A stretch of DNA of 64,000 nucleotides from an uncultured Novosphingobium sp. (GTDB lineage Bacteria; Pseudomonadota; Alphaproteobacteria; Sphingomonadales; Sphingomonadaceae), in assembly GCA_937864195.1 (NCBI GenBank), contig CALMJG010000020.1, positions 945 to 64,944 of the forward strand. Direction: 5' to 3'. The notes under the pieces were generated by a model that saw only the letters and a program-made list of their open reading frames with translations, searched no databases and was not told the DNA's origin. This document shows, piece after piece, positions 54,058 to 62,615 of the stretch. The position numbers were made by a program, and so were the translations under genes. Each line of letters starts with the position of its first letter. The stretch's first letter is position 1.

Positions 54058-55382
54058 ACCTGCTTGCCCCCCTGCTCGATGATCTGGCCAAGGCGCGGAT
54101 CGACCTGTCCCCCGGCCGCTACGGCCTGCTTACCGCCTGCGACGGCGGGCTGCTGGAAGTGTCGGGCCTGTCCGCACCGGTCGGCGCGCTGTGCAAGGTC
54201 GGCCATGGCCGCGAGGCAGACCTGACCGCCGAAGTGATCGGCTTTCGCAATGGCCGCACGCTGATGATGCTGCTGGGCGATACGGTAATGCTGCGCCCCG
54301 GCGCGCGGGTGCGGGTGCAGGGCCACCCCGGCATGCTGCCGGTGGGCGAGCAGTTCCTGGGCCGCGCGGTCGATGGCGAGGGGCTGCCGATCGACGGCCT
54401 CGGCCCGCTCCACGCGCGCCAGTTCTGGCCGGCGGGCGGCAGGCGCACCGGCGCGCTCGATCGCAGCCCGGTCCGCGCGCCCTTCGATGTCGGGGTGCGG
54501 GCGCTCAATGCCCTCACCACCTTCGGGGTCGGACAGCGCATCGGGATCATGGCGGGATCGGGCGTGGGCAAGTCGGTCCTGCTCGACATGATCGCCACCG
54601 GGGCCGAGGCCGATGTGGTCGTCGTCGGCCTGATCGGCGAGCGCGCGCGCGAGGTTTCGGACTTTGTCGAGCGCCACATGGCGGGATCGAAGCGCGCCCA
54701 TACCGCCGTGGTCGCGGTGCCCGCCGACCATGCCCCCAACCTGCGCCTGCGCGGCGCGATGCTGGCAACCAGCCTTGCCGAACAGTTCCGCGCCGAGGGG
54801 CGGCAGGTGCTGCTGATAATGGACAGCCTGACCCGCGTGGCCCACGCCGCGCGCGAGATTGCCCTGCTGCTGGGCGAACCTGGCGCGGCCCGCGGCTATC
54901 CCCCGTCCGCCCTTGCCACGATCACCAAGCTCGTCGAGCGCGCGGGCAATTCGGCGGCCAGCGGCGGATCGATCACCGGCGTCTACACCGTGCTGGCCGA
55001 CGGCGACAACCAGGACGATCCGGTGGTCGACACGGCCCGCTCGATCCTTGACGGGCACGTCGTGCTGAGCCGCGACCTCGCCCAGCGCGGGCAGTATCCG
55101 GCGATCGACATCGCCGCCTCGCTGAGCCGCGTGATGGCCGATGTCGCGGGTGCGCAGCACAATGCGCTGGCACGGGAATTTCGTGCAATGATAGCGAGTT
55201 ACGAGGCGAACCGCGACCTCGTTCTGATGGGTGCCTACCGCCCCGGGGCAGACCCCGTGCTCGACCGAGCGATTGCCATGCACGACCAATTGGTCCGCTT
55301 CCTGTCCCAGCCCGCGCGCTCGGCCGTGCCGCTGGGCGAAAGCGTGGCCGCGCTTGCCGCGCTGATCGGCCATGCTGGCTGA
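54051..55382 (+). CDS. fliI: Flagellum-specific ATPase FliI
   Basis: 443 aa. Walker A GSGVGKS and Walker B LLIMDSLTR. F1/T3SS ATPase similarity throughout. Confidence 0.95.
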   Translation: MLNLLAPLLDDLAKARIDLSPGRYGLLTACDGGLLEVSGLSAPVGALCKVGHGREADLTAEVIGFRNGRTLMMLLGDTVMLRPGARVRVQGHPGMLPVGEQFLGRAVDGEGLPIDGLGPLHARQFWPAGGRRTGALDRSPVRAPFDVGVRALNALTTFGVGQRIGIMAGSGVGKSVLLDMIATGAEADVVVVGLIGERAREVSDFVERHMAGSKRAHTAVVAVPADHAPNLRLRGAMLATSLAEQFRAEGRQVLLIMDSLTRVAHAAREIALLLGEPGAARGYPPSALATITKLVERAGNSAASGGSITGVYTVLADGDNQDDPVVDTARSILDGHVVLSRDLAQRGQYPAIDIAASLSRVMADVAGAQHNALAREFRAMIASYEANRDLVLMGAYRPGADPVLDRAIAMHDQLVRFLSQPARSAVPLGESVAALAALIGHAG

Positions 55383-55797
55383 CGCCGCGCGGCTGCGCCG
55401 CCTGCACCGACTGGAAAAGGTCCGCGCCATCGCCAGGCAGACCGCCGCGCGCGAAGCCGCCGAGGCCGAGGGCACGCTGGCCCAGCTGCGCGCGCTGGCA
55501 GAGCGCACCGCGCAAATGGCCGAAGGCTACCGCGCCAAGGCCGGCCCCGCGCTCGCCCAGGACCTGCGGCAGATGGACAGTTTCGCGGCGGGCCTGCGCG
55601 GCATATCCCATACCACTTCCGGCGATGCCGACCGCGCCCGCTCCTTCGCTGACCGCAAGCAGCAGGCGCTTGCCCAGGCCGAGCGCGCCCGCTCCGCCGT
55701 GGCGGAACGCGCCGAGGCCGAGGCGCGGGCCATCGCCCTGCGCCGCCAGCAACTGGCACTTGGGGCAAGACGGTCAGTTGGCACGGGTCTTGAATAG
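55372..55797 (+). CDS. fliJ: FliJ-like coiled-coil export protein
   Basis: 141 aa, Ala/Arg/Glu-rich helical protein immediately after fliI with an 11-nt overlap. The call is mainly positional. Confidence 0.5.
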   Translation: MLADAARLRRLHRLEKVRAIARQTAAREAAEAEGTLAQLRALAERTAQMAEGYRAKAGPALAQDLRQMDSFAAGLRGISHTTSGDADRARSFADRKQQALAQAERARSAVAERAEAEARAIALRRQQLALGARRSVGTGLE

Positions 55798-55832
55798 TTA
55801 ACGGGGAACCCTGGCCGCAAGGACCCCTGCCG

Positions 55833-57365
55833 ATGAACCCGATGTCCGCCTCTGCCCTGCTCCCCCTGCTCCCCGGCACTGCCGAGGCTGGCCCGCAGGC
55901 GCAGGTGGAGGGGCTGGAAGGCGCGGATTTCGGGGCCTTGCTGGCCGATTTCGCGGCGGCGCCCGCCCTCCCTGCCCTCCCCGGCGCCCGTCCCGCCCCG
56001 ATGGCTGCCTCCGCGCCCGCGCAGCCTGCGGCGGCCGGTCCGGCCCATGCCGTGGCGGCCGAATTGCCGCCCCCCGGCAAGATCTTGCCGCTTGGCCTGC
56101 CGGTTAGCGGCACAGCCGTGCCCGCTGCCGCTCCGCAAGTTCGGCCTGCCGGGAGTGCGGCTGTCGCACCGGAGGCCGCAGCGCCCCTGCTCCAGCCCCA
56201 CCTGCCCCGGGGTGCAGCCATCGTCCTTCCTGCCGCAAAGGCCGTCCTCGCCGCCACCACGGAAGCAGCCGCCGAGCCTGCGCCCGAACCGGCGGCCCGG
56301 GCTGCGCCTGCCGTCCCGACATCCGCCCCGCGCCTGACCGCAGTCCTGCCGCGCCGCGCCCCCGCCGCGCAGGATGCACCGGAAGCGCAGCCAGAACGCG
56401 GCACTGAGCCGGAGCCGGAAACTACGCCCACCGATCCCGCGCCCGAAGCAATCGCCGTGCCCGCCCCGCAACTGCCGCTCCTCGCCCTGACGGTGCAGGC
56501 AAGCGAACCTGCACCGCTGCCGGTGGAGGCAAGGTCCGCCCTGCTCCCCAGCCCCAACCCCAGTCCCCGGTCGCAGGGCGCAGGCATGGCCGCGCCGCAG
56601 GACGCCAAGGCATCCGCCATGCCTGCCCCGGCTCTCGCACCCGCAGCCGCCCTCACCCCGGCCGCGCTTCGCACCTCCGTCGCGGTGATGATCGAACCGG
56701 CACCGATCGCGGCGCCCGCGCCTGCCGCTGCACCGAGCCTGCCGGCAACCATGCCCGCGCCCCTTGCGGCCCAGGCGCTCCGCCAGCCGGAGGCCGCGAG
56801 CACGACCGACGCCGCTACGCCTGCGCCGCAGGCTTCCCCGTCCGCGCCCGAGGCGCTGGCAGCACCCATCTTCGCCAGCGATCCGCAGGTGCAGCCGCAA
56901 CAGGCCCAGCCCGCTTCCGCCAGCGCGGCGATCGAACCGCGCGATTTCACTGCGCTGCTCGACCGCCTGGTCGCCGCGCGCGAGGCGATGCGCGGCGAGC
57001 AGAGCCGCGTCACCATGGCCCTGCCGCACGCCGAATTCGGCCAGGTCCGGATCGACTTCCGGCAGGACGAGCGCGGCCTCAGCGTCTCGCTCGCCAGCAG
57101 CGACCCGGCCTTCGCCCGCGCCGCCAGCGCGGCCCTGCCCATCGCCCAGACCGCGCCGACAGCTGAAACCGGTACGCGGCAAGGCAGCGAAGGCCAGCCG
57201 CGCGCCCAGGCCGAGGCCCAGGGCCAGGGCAGCGGCGCGGCCGGATCGCGCGGCGGCAATGCGGGCGGCCAGCATGAGCGCGAAGGCGCCCGCCAGCCCT
57301 TCGCGGCCCAGCGCGAGGCACGCCGCAGCGCCGACACAAGCAGCCAGCAAGGCATTTTCGCGTGA
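55833..57365 (+). CDS. fliK: Flagellar hook-length control protein FliK (Pro/Ala-rich ruler)
   Basis: 510 aa, extremely Pro/Ala-rich. C-terminal FliK domain-like segment RVTMALPHAEFGQVRIDFRQDERGLSVSLASSDPAFARAA. Confidence 0.7.
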   Translation: MNPMSASALLPLLPGTAEAGPQAQVEGLEGADFGALLADFAAAPALPALPGARPAPMAASAPAQPAAAGPAHAVAAELPPPGKILPLGLPVSGTAVPAAAPQVRPAGSAAVAPEAAAPLLQPHLPRGAAIVLPAAKAVLAATTEAAAEPAPEPAARAAPAVPTSAPRLTAVLPRRAPAAQDAPEAQPERGTEPEPETTPTDPAPEAIAVPAPQLPLLALTVQASEPAPLPVEARSALLPSPNPSPRSQGAGMAAPQDAKASAMPAPALAPAAALTPAALRTSVAVMIEPAPIAAPAPAAAPSLPATMPAPLAAQALRQPEAASTTDAATPAPQASPSAPEALAAPIFASDPQVQPQQAQPASASAAIEPRDFTALLDRLVAAREAMRGEQSRVTMALPHAEFGQVRIDFRQDERGLSVSLASSDPAFARAASAALPIAQTAPTAETGTRQGSEGQPRAQAEAQGQGSGAAGSRGGNAGGQHEREGARQPFAAQREARRSADTSSQQGIFA

Positions 57366-57396
57366 TTTTCCAGTCTCTTTCCCGGGGTATTGAAGA

Positions 57397-57984
57397 ATGA
57401 GTGACAAGCAGGACAAGGACGCCAAACCCGCCAAGGGCAAGGGCATGCTGGTCAAGGCCGTGCTGGGCGTCGTGCTGGTCGCGGCGGGCGGCGGCGGCAC
57501 TTTCGCCCTGGTCCAGTCCGGCGTGGTCGGCGGCGGCAAGGAACACGTCAGGGAAGACAACCAGCCCAAGCTGGTCCGCAAGGGCGAGGAAGACCCCTTT
57601 GCCCCCAAGGCGGAGGGCAAGGAAGGCGAGGCCCCCGCCGACATCGACGGCGAAGGCGGCAGCGAATTCCGCACCAGCTATTACAATTTCACCGAGGACT
57701 TCACCTCGAACCTGAAGAACTCCAGCGCGCTGGTGCAGATCTCGATCGCCTGCTCGACCCGCCGCGATGGCCGCGTGCTGATGTGGGTCAGGAAGCACGA
57801 GCTGGCGATCCGCAGCGAAATCCTGGTCGTGCTGGCCGACACCCCGGAAGAGGACGCCTTCACGCCCGAGGGCAAGGAGCGCCTGCAAAAGCGCCTGGCC
57901 GGGGCGATCAACAAGGTCCTGACCCAAACCGAAGGCTTCGGCGGGGTCGACGCGGTCTATTTCAAGAGCTTCCTGGTCCAGTGA
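57397..57984 (+). CDS. fliL: Flagellar basal body-associated protein FliL
   Basis: 195 aa. Single TM, then YYNFTEDFTSNLKNSSALVQISIA…VYFKSFLVQ. Confidence 0.8.
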   Translation: MSDKQDKDAKPAKGKGMLVKAVLGVVLVAAGGGGTFALVQSGVVGGGKEHVREDNQPKLVRKGEEDPFAPKAEGKEGEAPADIDGEGGSEFRTSYYNFTEDFTSNLKNSSALVQISIACSTRRDGRVLMWVRKHELAIRSEILVVLADTPEEDAFTPEGKERLQKRLAGAINKVLTQTEGFGGVDAVYFKSFLVQ

Positions 57985-58871
57985 AGCCGGTCCGCGAATT
58001 CCTGGCCGAACGGGCCGCCGCGCAGCACTGCGCGCAGCTGGTCCAGCGCGGCCCTTCCCCGGCCGAGCTGTTGCCGATGCTGACCCGCGCGGGCGAGCGG
58101 CTGGCCCGGCTGCTGGGCGGCGCGCTCGCGCCGCTGATGGGCCCCGCCACTGCGGAACTTCAGGCCGCCCCGGCCGAACGGACGACGATCGAGGACCTGA
58201 CCGGCCAGATCGCCCCGCTGGCGGCCAACAGCCTGCTGCGGCTGGGCCACCCGGACGCGCCACTGCTGCTTTCGATCGATGCCGGAGCGGTGCTGCGGAT
58301 GGTCGACCGTGCCTTTGGCGGCAAGGGCGAGATCCCTGCGGATATGCCTGCCAGCTTCCCGCTGTCTGCCCAGTTGCTGATCGCCCGGCTGGAGGGTCTG
58401 GTTGCCGCGCAGATCGCCGCCGTGCTGAACTGCGCCGCGCCGCCTGAGCCGGTGCGCCGCGATGGCTCGCTGGCCGCGCTTGAACCCTTTGCCCCCGGCA
58501 CTGCCCTGGCCGCCCTGAACATCGAGGTATTCAAGGGCCTGCGCGCGCCGTGGAAGCTCACCATCGCCCTGCCGCTGTCGGCCCTGCCCGCGCTGCTGGG
58601 CCATGGCGATCCGAGGCCCGCCGCCCCGCGCGAGGCCCGCCCCGCCGATCCCGCCGCCGCCCCCTTTGCCGACCTGCCGCTGCCGCTCACCGCGCTGCTG
58701 GTCGATATGAAAGTGCCGCTGGCCACCGTTTCCCGGCTGGAGCCCGGCATGGTCCTGCCGGTCGCCGTGGCCCGCGCCGTGCCGATCCACGCGGGCGCCG
58801 CCGTCATCGCCCACGGCACCGTCGGCGCGCAGGACGACCGCGTCGCCGTCAAGCTCACCCACATCGCCTGA
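57981..58871 (+). CDS. fliM: Flagellar motor switch protein FliM (short, no recognisable CheY-P-binding N-terminus)
   Basis: Start set at GTG 57981 (GTGA overlap with the fliL stop). Middle-domain-like LLLSIDAGAVLRMVDRAFGG and C-terminal SpoA-like LEPGMVLPVAV…. Position between fliL and fliN. Confidence 0.7.
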   Translation: MKPVREFLAERAAAQHCAQLVQRGPSPAELLPMLTRAGERLARLLGGALAPLMGPATAELQAAPAERTTIEDLTGQIAPLAANSLLRLGHPDAPLLLSIDAGAVLRMVDRAFGGKGEIPADMPASFPLSAQLLIARLEGLVAAQIAAVLNCAAPPEPVRRDGSLAALEPFAPGTALAALNIEVFKGLRAPWKLTIALPLSALPALLGHGDPRPAAPREARPADPAAAPFADLPLPLTALLVDMKVPLATVSRLEPGMVLPVAVARAVPIHAGAAVIAHGTVGAQDDRVAVKLTHIA

Positions 58872-58885
58872 AGGAACCCTGCCCC

Positions 58886-59152
58886 ATGACACTCCACACC
58901 CGCGGTTTCGATCTCCTGAAGGAAGTCGACGTGCGCCTGACGGTCGAACTCGGCCGCACCGACATGAAGCTCAAGGACGTGCTCGCGCTGGGCGAGGACA
59001 GCGTGGTCATGCTCGACCGGCTGACCGACGAACTGCTCGACGTGATGGTCAACGGCAAGCTGATCGCGCGCGGCGAGATCGTCGCCGAAGGCAGCCGCTT
59101 CGGCCTCAGGATCGTCGAACTGGCCGGCCAGACGAGCGAGGGAGCGGCCTGA
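58886..59152 (+). CDS. fliN: Flagellar motor switch protein FliN
   Basis: Start trimmed to ATG 58886. 88 aa SpoA domain (LLKEVDVRLTVELGRTDMKLKDVLALGEDSVVMLDRLTDELLDVMVNGKLIARGEIV). Confidence 0.85.
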   Translation: MTLHTRGFDLLKEVDVRLTVELGRTDMKLKDVLALGEDSVVMLDRLTDELLDVMVNGKLIARGEIVAEGSRFGLRIVELAGQTSEGAA

Positions 59153-59424
59153 TGGTCTGGTATGTCCTCAAGCTCGTGATCCTGCTGCCGCTGATCGCAG
59201 GCCTCGCCTGGGGCACGCTGAAAGCGGCGCAGAAGTTGCAGGCGCGGCTGGGCGGCGTGCCCGAAGGCACGGCGCGGCGCGCGCGGATCGTCGAGACGAC
59301 GATGCTGTCCCCCACGCTCAAGCTGGCGGTGATCGAGTTCCACGGCCGCGAGATCCTGGTTTCCGCCTCGCGCACGGGGCTGACCCGCCTGGCCGAGGCC
59401 CCGGCACGGGAGGCGGGCGAATGA
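59152..59424 (+). CDS. fliO: Flagellar biosynthesis protein FliO
   Basis: 90 aa. One N-terminal TM, then …RIVETTMLSPTLKLAVIEFHGREILVSAS…. Position before fliP. Confidence 0.65.
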   Translation: MVWYVLKLVILLPLIAGLAWGTLKAAQKLQARLGGVPEGTARRARIVETTMLSPTLKLAVIEFHGREILVSASRTGLTRLAEAPAREAGE

Positions 59425-60176
59425 AGCGCCTGTTTGCGGGCCTTGCCGCCCTCTCCGCCCTGCTGCTCCCCACGCTCGCCCACGCGCAGGCGGCGGTTCC
59501 GGGCGCGCTCGACCGCGCGTTTGCCAGCATGAACGGCGGCCCCGACGGCGGCCTGTCGATGTCGCTCCAGATCCTGCTGCTGATGGGGCTGCTTACGATC
59601 CTGCCGACGCTGGTGCTGATGATGACCAGCTTCACACGAATCCTGGTCGTCCTGTCGATCCTGCGCCAGGCGCTGGGTCTGCAGCAATCGCCGCCCAACC
59701 AGGTGCTGATCGGCCTTGCGCTGTTCCTGTCGCTGTTCGTCATGGCCCCCACGCTCGACAAGGTGAACGCCAATGCCATCGCCCCCTATTCAGCCGGCAC
59801 GATCAATGCCGAGCAGGCCATTGCGAACGCGGGCGGCGAATTCCACGCCTTCATGATCCGCCAGACGCGCGAGAAGGACCTCGCCATGTTCGCCGACATG
59901 GCCAAGGCGCCCAAGTTCCAGCGCGCCGCCGACGTGCCCTTCTCGATCCTGCTGCCCGCCTTCGTCACCAGCGAGCTCAAGACCGCATTCCAGATCGGCT
60001 TCATGCTGTTCCTGCCGTTCCTGATCATCGACCTGGTCGTCGCCTCGGTGCTGATGAGCCTGGGCATGATGATGATGAGCCCGACGATCGTGTCGCTGCC
60101 GTTCAAGCTGCTGCTGTTCGTGCTGGTCGATGGCTGGGCCCTGCTGATGGGCAGCCTCGCCGCGAGCTTCGGTTAG
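59421..60176 (+). CDS. fliP: Flagellar export gate protein FliP
   Basis: 251 aa. …LTILPTLVLMMTSFTRILVVLSILRQALGLQQSPPNQVLIGLALFLSLFVMAP…. Confidence 0.95.
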   Translation: MKRLFAGLAALSALLLPTLAHAQAAVPGALDRAFASMNGGPDGGLSMSLQILLLMGLLTILPTLVLMMTSFTRILVVLSILRQALGLQQSPPNQVLIGLALFLSLFVMAPTLDKVNANAIAPYSAGTINAEQAIANAGGEFHAFMIRQTREKDLAMFADMAKAPKFQRAADVPFSILLPAFVTSELKTAFQIGFMLFLPFLIIDLVVASVLMSLGMMMMSPTIVSLPFKLLLFVLVDGWALLMGSLAASFG

Positions 60177-60194
60177 CGAGCAGATGCCAACCTC

Positions 60195-60262
60195 CCGTTC
60201 GTGTCGAGCGAAGTCGAGACACGGCAGCGCAAACGTGTCTCGACTTCGCTCGACACGAACGG
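60195..60262. repeat. Long perfect inverted repeat (29-bp arms, 10-nt loop), copy 2 of the repeat family, inside the fliP-fliQ intergenic region
   Basis: CCGTTCGTGTCGAGCGAAGTCGAGACACG…CGTGTCTCGACTTCGCTCGACACGAACGG. It differs from copy 1 by a paired (compensatory) T-to-A / A-to-T change in the arms. Confidence 0.9.
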
Positions 60263-60279
60263 ACCTCGGATGAAGAACC

Positions 60280-60552
60280 ATGGATGATACCGCTTCCCTC
60301 CTCTCGCTTGCCGACCGGATGCTGTGGGTGACAGCGCTGGTCGCCACGCCGGTGCTGCTGGCCAGCCTGGCCGTCGGCCTGGTGGTCGGCGTGATCCAGG
60401 CGGCGACATCGGTGAACGAGCAGACGCTGACTTTCGTGCCCAAGCTTGCCGTCACCGCGCTGGTGCTGGTGGTGCTGGGCGCATCGATGCTGGGACTGGT
60501 GGGCGATTTCACGCAGGAAGTCTTTGCCCAGATCGCGGTGACCGGCCAATGA
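60280..60552 (+). CDS. fliQ: Flagellar export gate protein FliQ
   Basis: 90 aa, two TM helices. …GLVVGVIQAATSVNEQTLTFVPKL…. Confidence 0.9.
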   Translation: MDDTASLLSLADRMLWVTALVATPVLLASLAVGLVVGVIQAATSVNEQTLTFVPKLAVTALVLVVLGASMLGLVGDFTQEVFAQIAVTGQ

Positions 60553-61331
60553 TGCAGCTGACCTTCGGGTTCGGGGCGGTCGAGGCCGAGCTGTGGAAGC
60601 TCGTCTTCGTGATGACCCGGATCGGCGCCGCGCTGCTGGCCGCCCCGTTCTTTGGCGCGGCGGCGGTGCCGGTGCAGCTGCGCGTGGCGATCACGGGCGC
60701 GCTGTCGGTGCTGGTCTGCGCGTGGATGCCGGTCGCCGTGCCGCCCAACCTGCTCTCGCTCGCCGGGATTCTGGCGGTGGCAGGCGAAGTGCTGGTCGGC
60801 CTGGCGCTGGGCTTCGTGCTGCAACTCAGCTTCGCCGCGCCGATCATGGCGGCAGAGCAGATCGGCGGAGCCATGGGCATGAGCATCGCCTCTGCCGCCG
60901 ATCCGATCAGCGGCGCCCACTCGCCCGCGCTGGGGCAATATTTCACCGTGCTGCTGACGGTCGTGTTCCTGGGCCTTGGCGCGCACCTCACCTGGCTGCG
61001 GCTGGTGTTCGAAAGCTACTCCACCTTCCCGCCGGGCGCGGCCTGGCTCTCGCCCGGGCGGCTTGAGCTGGTTGTCTCGTTCGGAACGCAGATGTTCGTC
61101 GCCGCCGTGGCCATTGCCCTGCCGGTCACGCTGGTGCTGCTGGTGGTCCAGTTCGTCTCCGGCGTGCTGAGCCGTTCCGCACCCGCGCTCAACCTGTTCG
61201 CGCTGGGCCTGCCGGCGGGCGTGCTGGCGGGGCTGGCCGCGCTGATCGTCGCCGCGCCGCTCGCCAGCGAGCAGCTGGCCGACCTGTCGGCCGAAGCCGT
61301 CACCCACGCCGGGGAAATCATCGCGCGATGA
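60549..61331 (+). CDS. fliR: Flagellar export gate protein FliR
   Basis: Start trimmed to ATG 60549 (ATGA overlap with the fliQ stop). 260 aa polytopic protein (…LVFVMTRIGAALLAAPFFG…). Confidence 0.9.
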   Translation: MMQLTFGFGAVEAELWKLVFVMTRIGAALLAAPFFGAAAVPVQLRVAITGALSVLVCAWMPVAVPPNLLSLAGILAVAGEVLVGLALGFVLQLSFAAPIMAAEQIGGAMGMSIASAADPISGAHSPALGQYFTVLLTVVFLGLGAHLTWLRLVFESYSTFPPGAAWLSPGRLELVVSFGTQMFVAAVAIALPVTLVLLVVQFVSGVLSRSAPALNLFALGLPAGVLAGLAALIVAAPLASEQLADLSAEAVTHAGEIIAR

Positions 61332-62458
61332 GCGGCGAGAAGACCTTTGCCCCGACCGAGAAGCGCAAACGCGACGCCGCCCTGAAGGGCGACGTCCTGC
61401 GCAGCCGCGAACTCGCCACCGCCGCCGCCATGCTGGCCGGGGCGGCCTGGCTGAAGTTCGCGGGGCCGTGGCTGATGGAGGCTCTTGCCAGAGGCGCCCG
61501 CGCCGGGCTGACCTGGGACCGCGCCGCGCTGGAGGATTTCGTCCCCGGCGCGATCCTGCTGCGGCTGATGCTGGAAGTGCTGCCGCCGGTGCTGCTGCCG
61601 GCCGTCGTGGTGATGGCCGCCGTGGTTGTGGTCCAGCTTGGTCCGGCCGACGGGCGCTGGCTGGCTGCGAACCTTGCCCCAAAGCCCTCGCGCCTCAACC
61701 CCCTGTCGGGCCTCAAGCGGATGTTCGGCGCGCAAGGCTGGATCGAGGTCGGCAAGGGGATCGCCAAGGTCGGCCTGCTGGGCGCGCTCGCATGGGGCTG
61801 GGGCAAGAGCCACCTTGCCCAGCTGCTCGGCCTCGGGCGCGGCGCCTCGCTCTATGACCAGCTCGCCCACGCCTGGAACGCGCTGACCGGGCTGCTGTTC
61901 GTGCTGGCGACGGGCCTCGTCGTCATCGCCCTGATCGACTGGCCGGTGCAGTGGCTGCGCCGCTATCTGCGCCTCAGGATGAGCCAGCAGGAACTGCGCG
62001 ACGAACACAAGGAAAGCGAAGGCTCGCCCGAACGCAAGGCCGCGCAGCGCCAGCGCCAGCGCCAGTATGCCAGCGGTGCCGTGGCCAAGGCGATGCGCGA
62101 GGCGCAGTTCGTGCTCACCAACCCGCACCGCTTCGCCGTGGCCATGACCTATGATCCTGATCGCGCCGCCGCGCCGCTGGTGCTGGCCAAGGGGCGCGGC
62201 GAAAAGGCCATGGCGATGCGCGAACTGGCCGCGGAACTGGGCGTGCCGGTGCTGGAATATCCGCCGCTCGCGCGCTCGGTCTATTTCACCACGCGCGAGA
62301 ACCAGACGATCCGCGAGGAATTGTACGCCGCCGTCGCCTCGGTCCTCGCCTTCGTCCTGTCGCTGAAACGCGGCGAGCAGCGAGCAGCGCCCGTGATCGA
62401 GGTGCCGCTGGAACTGCGCTTCGACGCCGAAGGGCGGCGCGATCCGGGATCTGCGTAG
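61328..62458 (+). CDS. flhB: Flagellar export switch protein FlhB
   Basis: 376 aa. N-terminus EKTFAPTEKRKRDAALKGDVLRSREL. Cleavage-loop region reads LTNPHRFAVAM. C-terminal PPLARSVY. Confidence 0.9.
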   Translation: MSGEKTFAPTEKRKRDAALKGDVLRSRELATAAAMLAGAAWLKFAGPWLMEALARGARAGLTWDRAALEDFVPGAILLRLMLEVLPPVLLPAVVVMAAVVVVQLGPADGRWLAANLAPKPSRLNPLSGLKRMFGAQGWIEVGKGIAKVGLLGALAWGWGKSHLAQLLGLGRGASLYDQLAHAWNALTGLLFVLATGLVVIALIDWPVQWLRRYLRLRMSQQELRDEHKESEGSPERKAAQRQRQRQYASGAVAKAMREAQFVLTNPHRFAVAMTYDPDRAAAPLVLAKGRGEKAMAMRELAAELGVPVLEYPPLARSVYFTTRENQTIREELYAAVASVLAFVLSLKRGEQRAAPVIEVPLELRFDAEGRRDPGSA

Positions 62459-62473
62459 TCAACACGCCAAGAG

Positions 62474-62495
62474 CCCTCCCCCTCAAGGGGGAGGG
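62474..62495 (+). repeat. CCCTCCC/GGGAGGG-class hairpin after flhB (terminator-like)
   Basis: CCCTCCCCC-tcaa-GGGGGAGGG, a 9-bp stem starting 16 nt after the flhB stop, followed by TTGGGTGGGGGTTTT. Confidence 0.6.
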
Positions 62496-62535
62496 TTGGG
62501 TGGGGGTTTTCCCACGCCAGCGTCGAGCCCCAACC

Positions 62536-62552
62536 CCTCCCCGCCGGGGAGG
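62536..62552 (+). repeat. Second CCTCCCC/GGGGAGG hairpin in the flhB-fliD spacer
   Basis: CCTCCCC-gcc-GGGGAGG, a 7-bp stem. Confidence 0.5.
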
Positions 62553-62581
62553 CGCTAACCGGGGAAACTGCGCGAAATCCC

Positions 62582-62608
62582 TTAAGTCCGCACGCGCCGT
62601 GCCGTTCT
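62582..62608 (+). promoter_or_regulatory. Sigma-28-type promoter candidate for fliD
   Basis: TTAA-gtccgcacgcgccgt-GCCGTTCT. The -10 is identical to flgM and the spacing is the same. It ends only 7 nt before the fliD ATG. Confidence 0.45.
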
Positions 62609-62615
62609 TCCTTCC

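Noticed and set aside
55833-57365. Apparent repetitiveness of the fliK coding region (many PAP/AAP/APA strings), considered as a tandem DNA repeat or contingency locus.
   Set aside because: I could not find a fixed repeat unit. It looks like compositional low complexity (a Pro/Ala-rich ruler domain) rather than a true tandem repeat.
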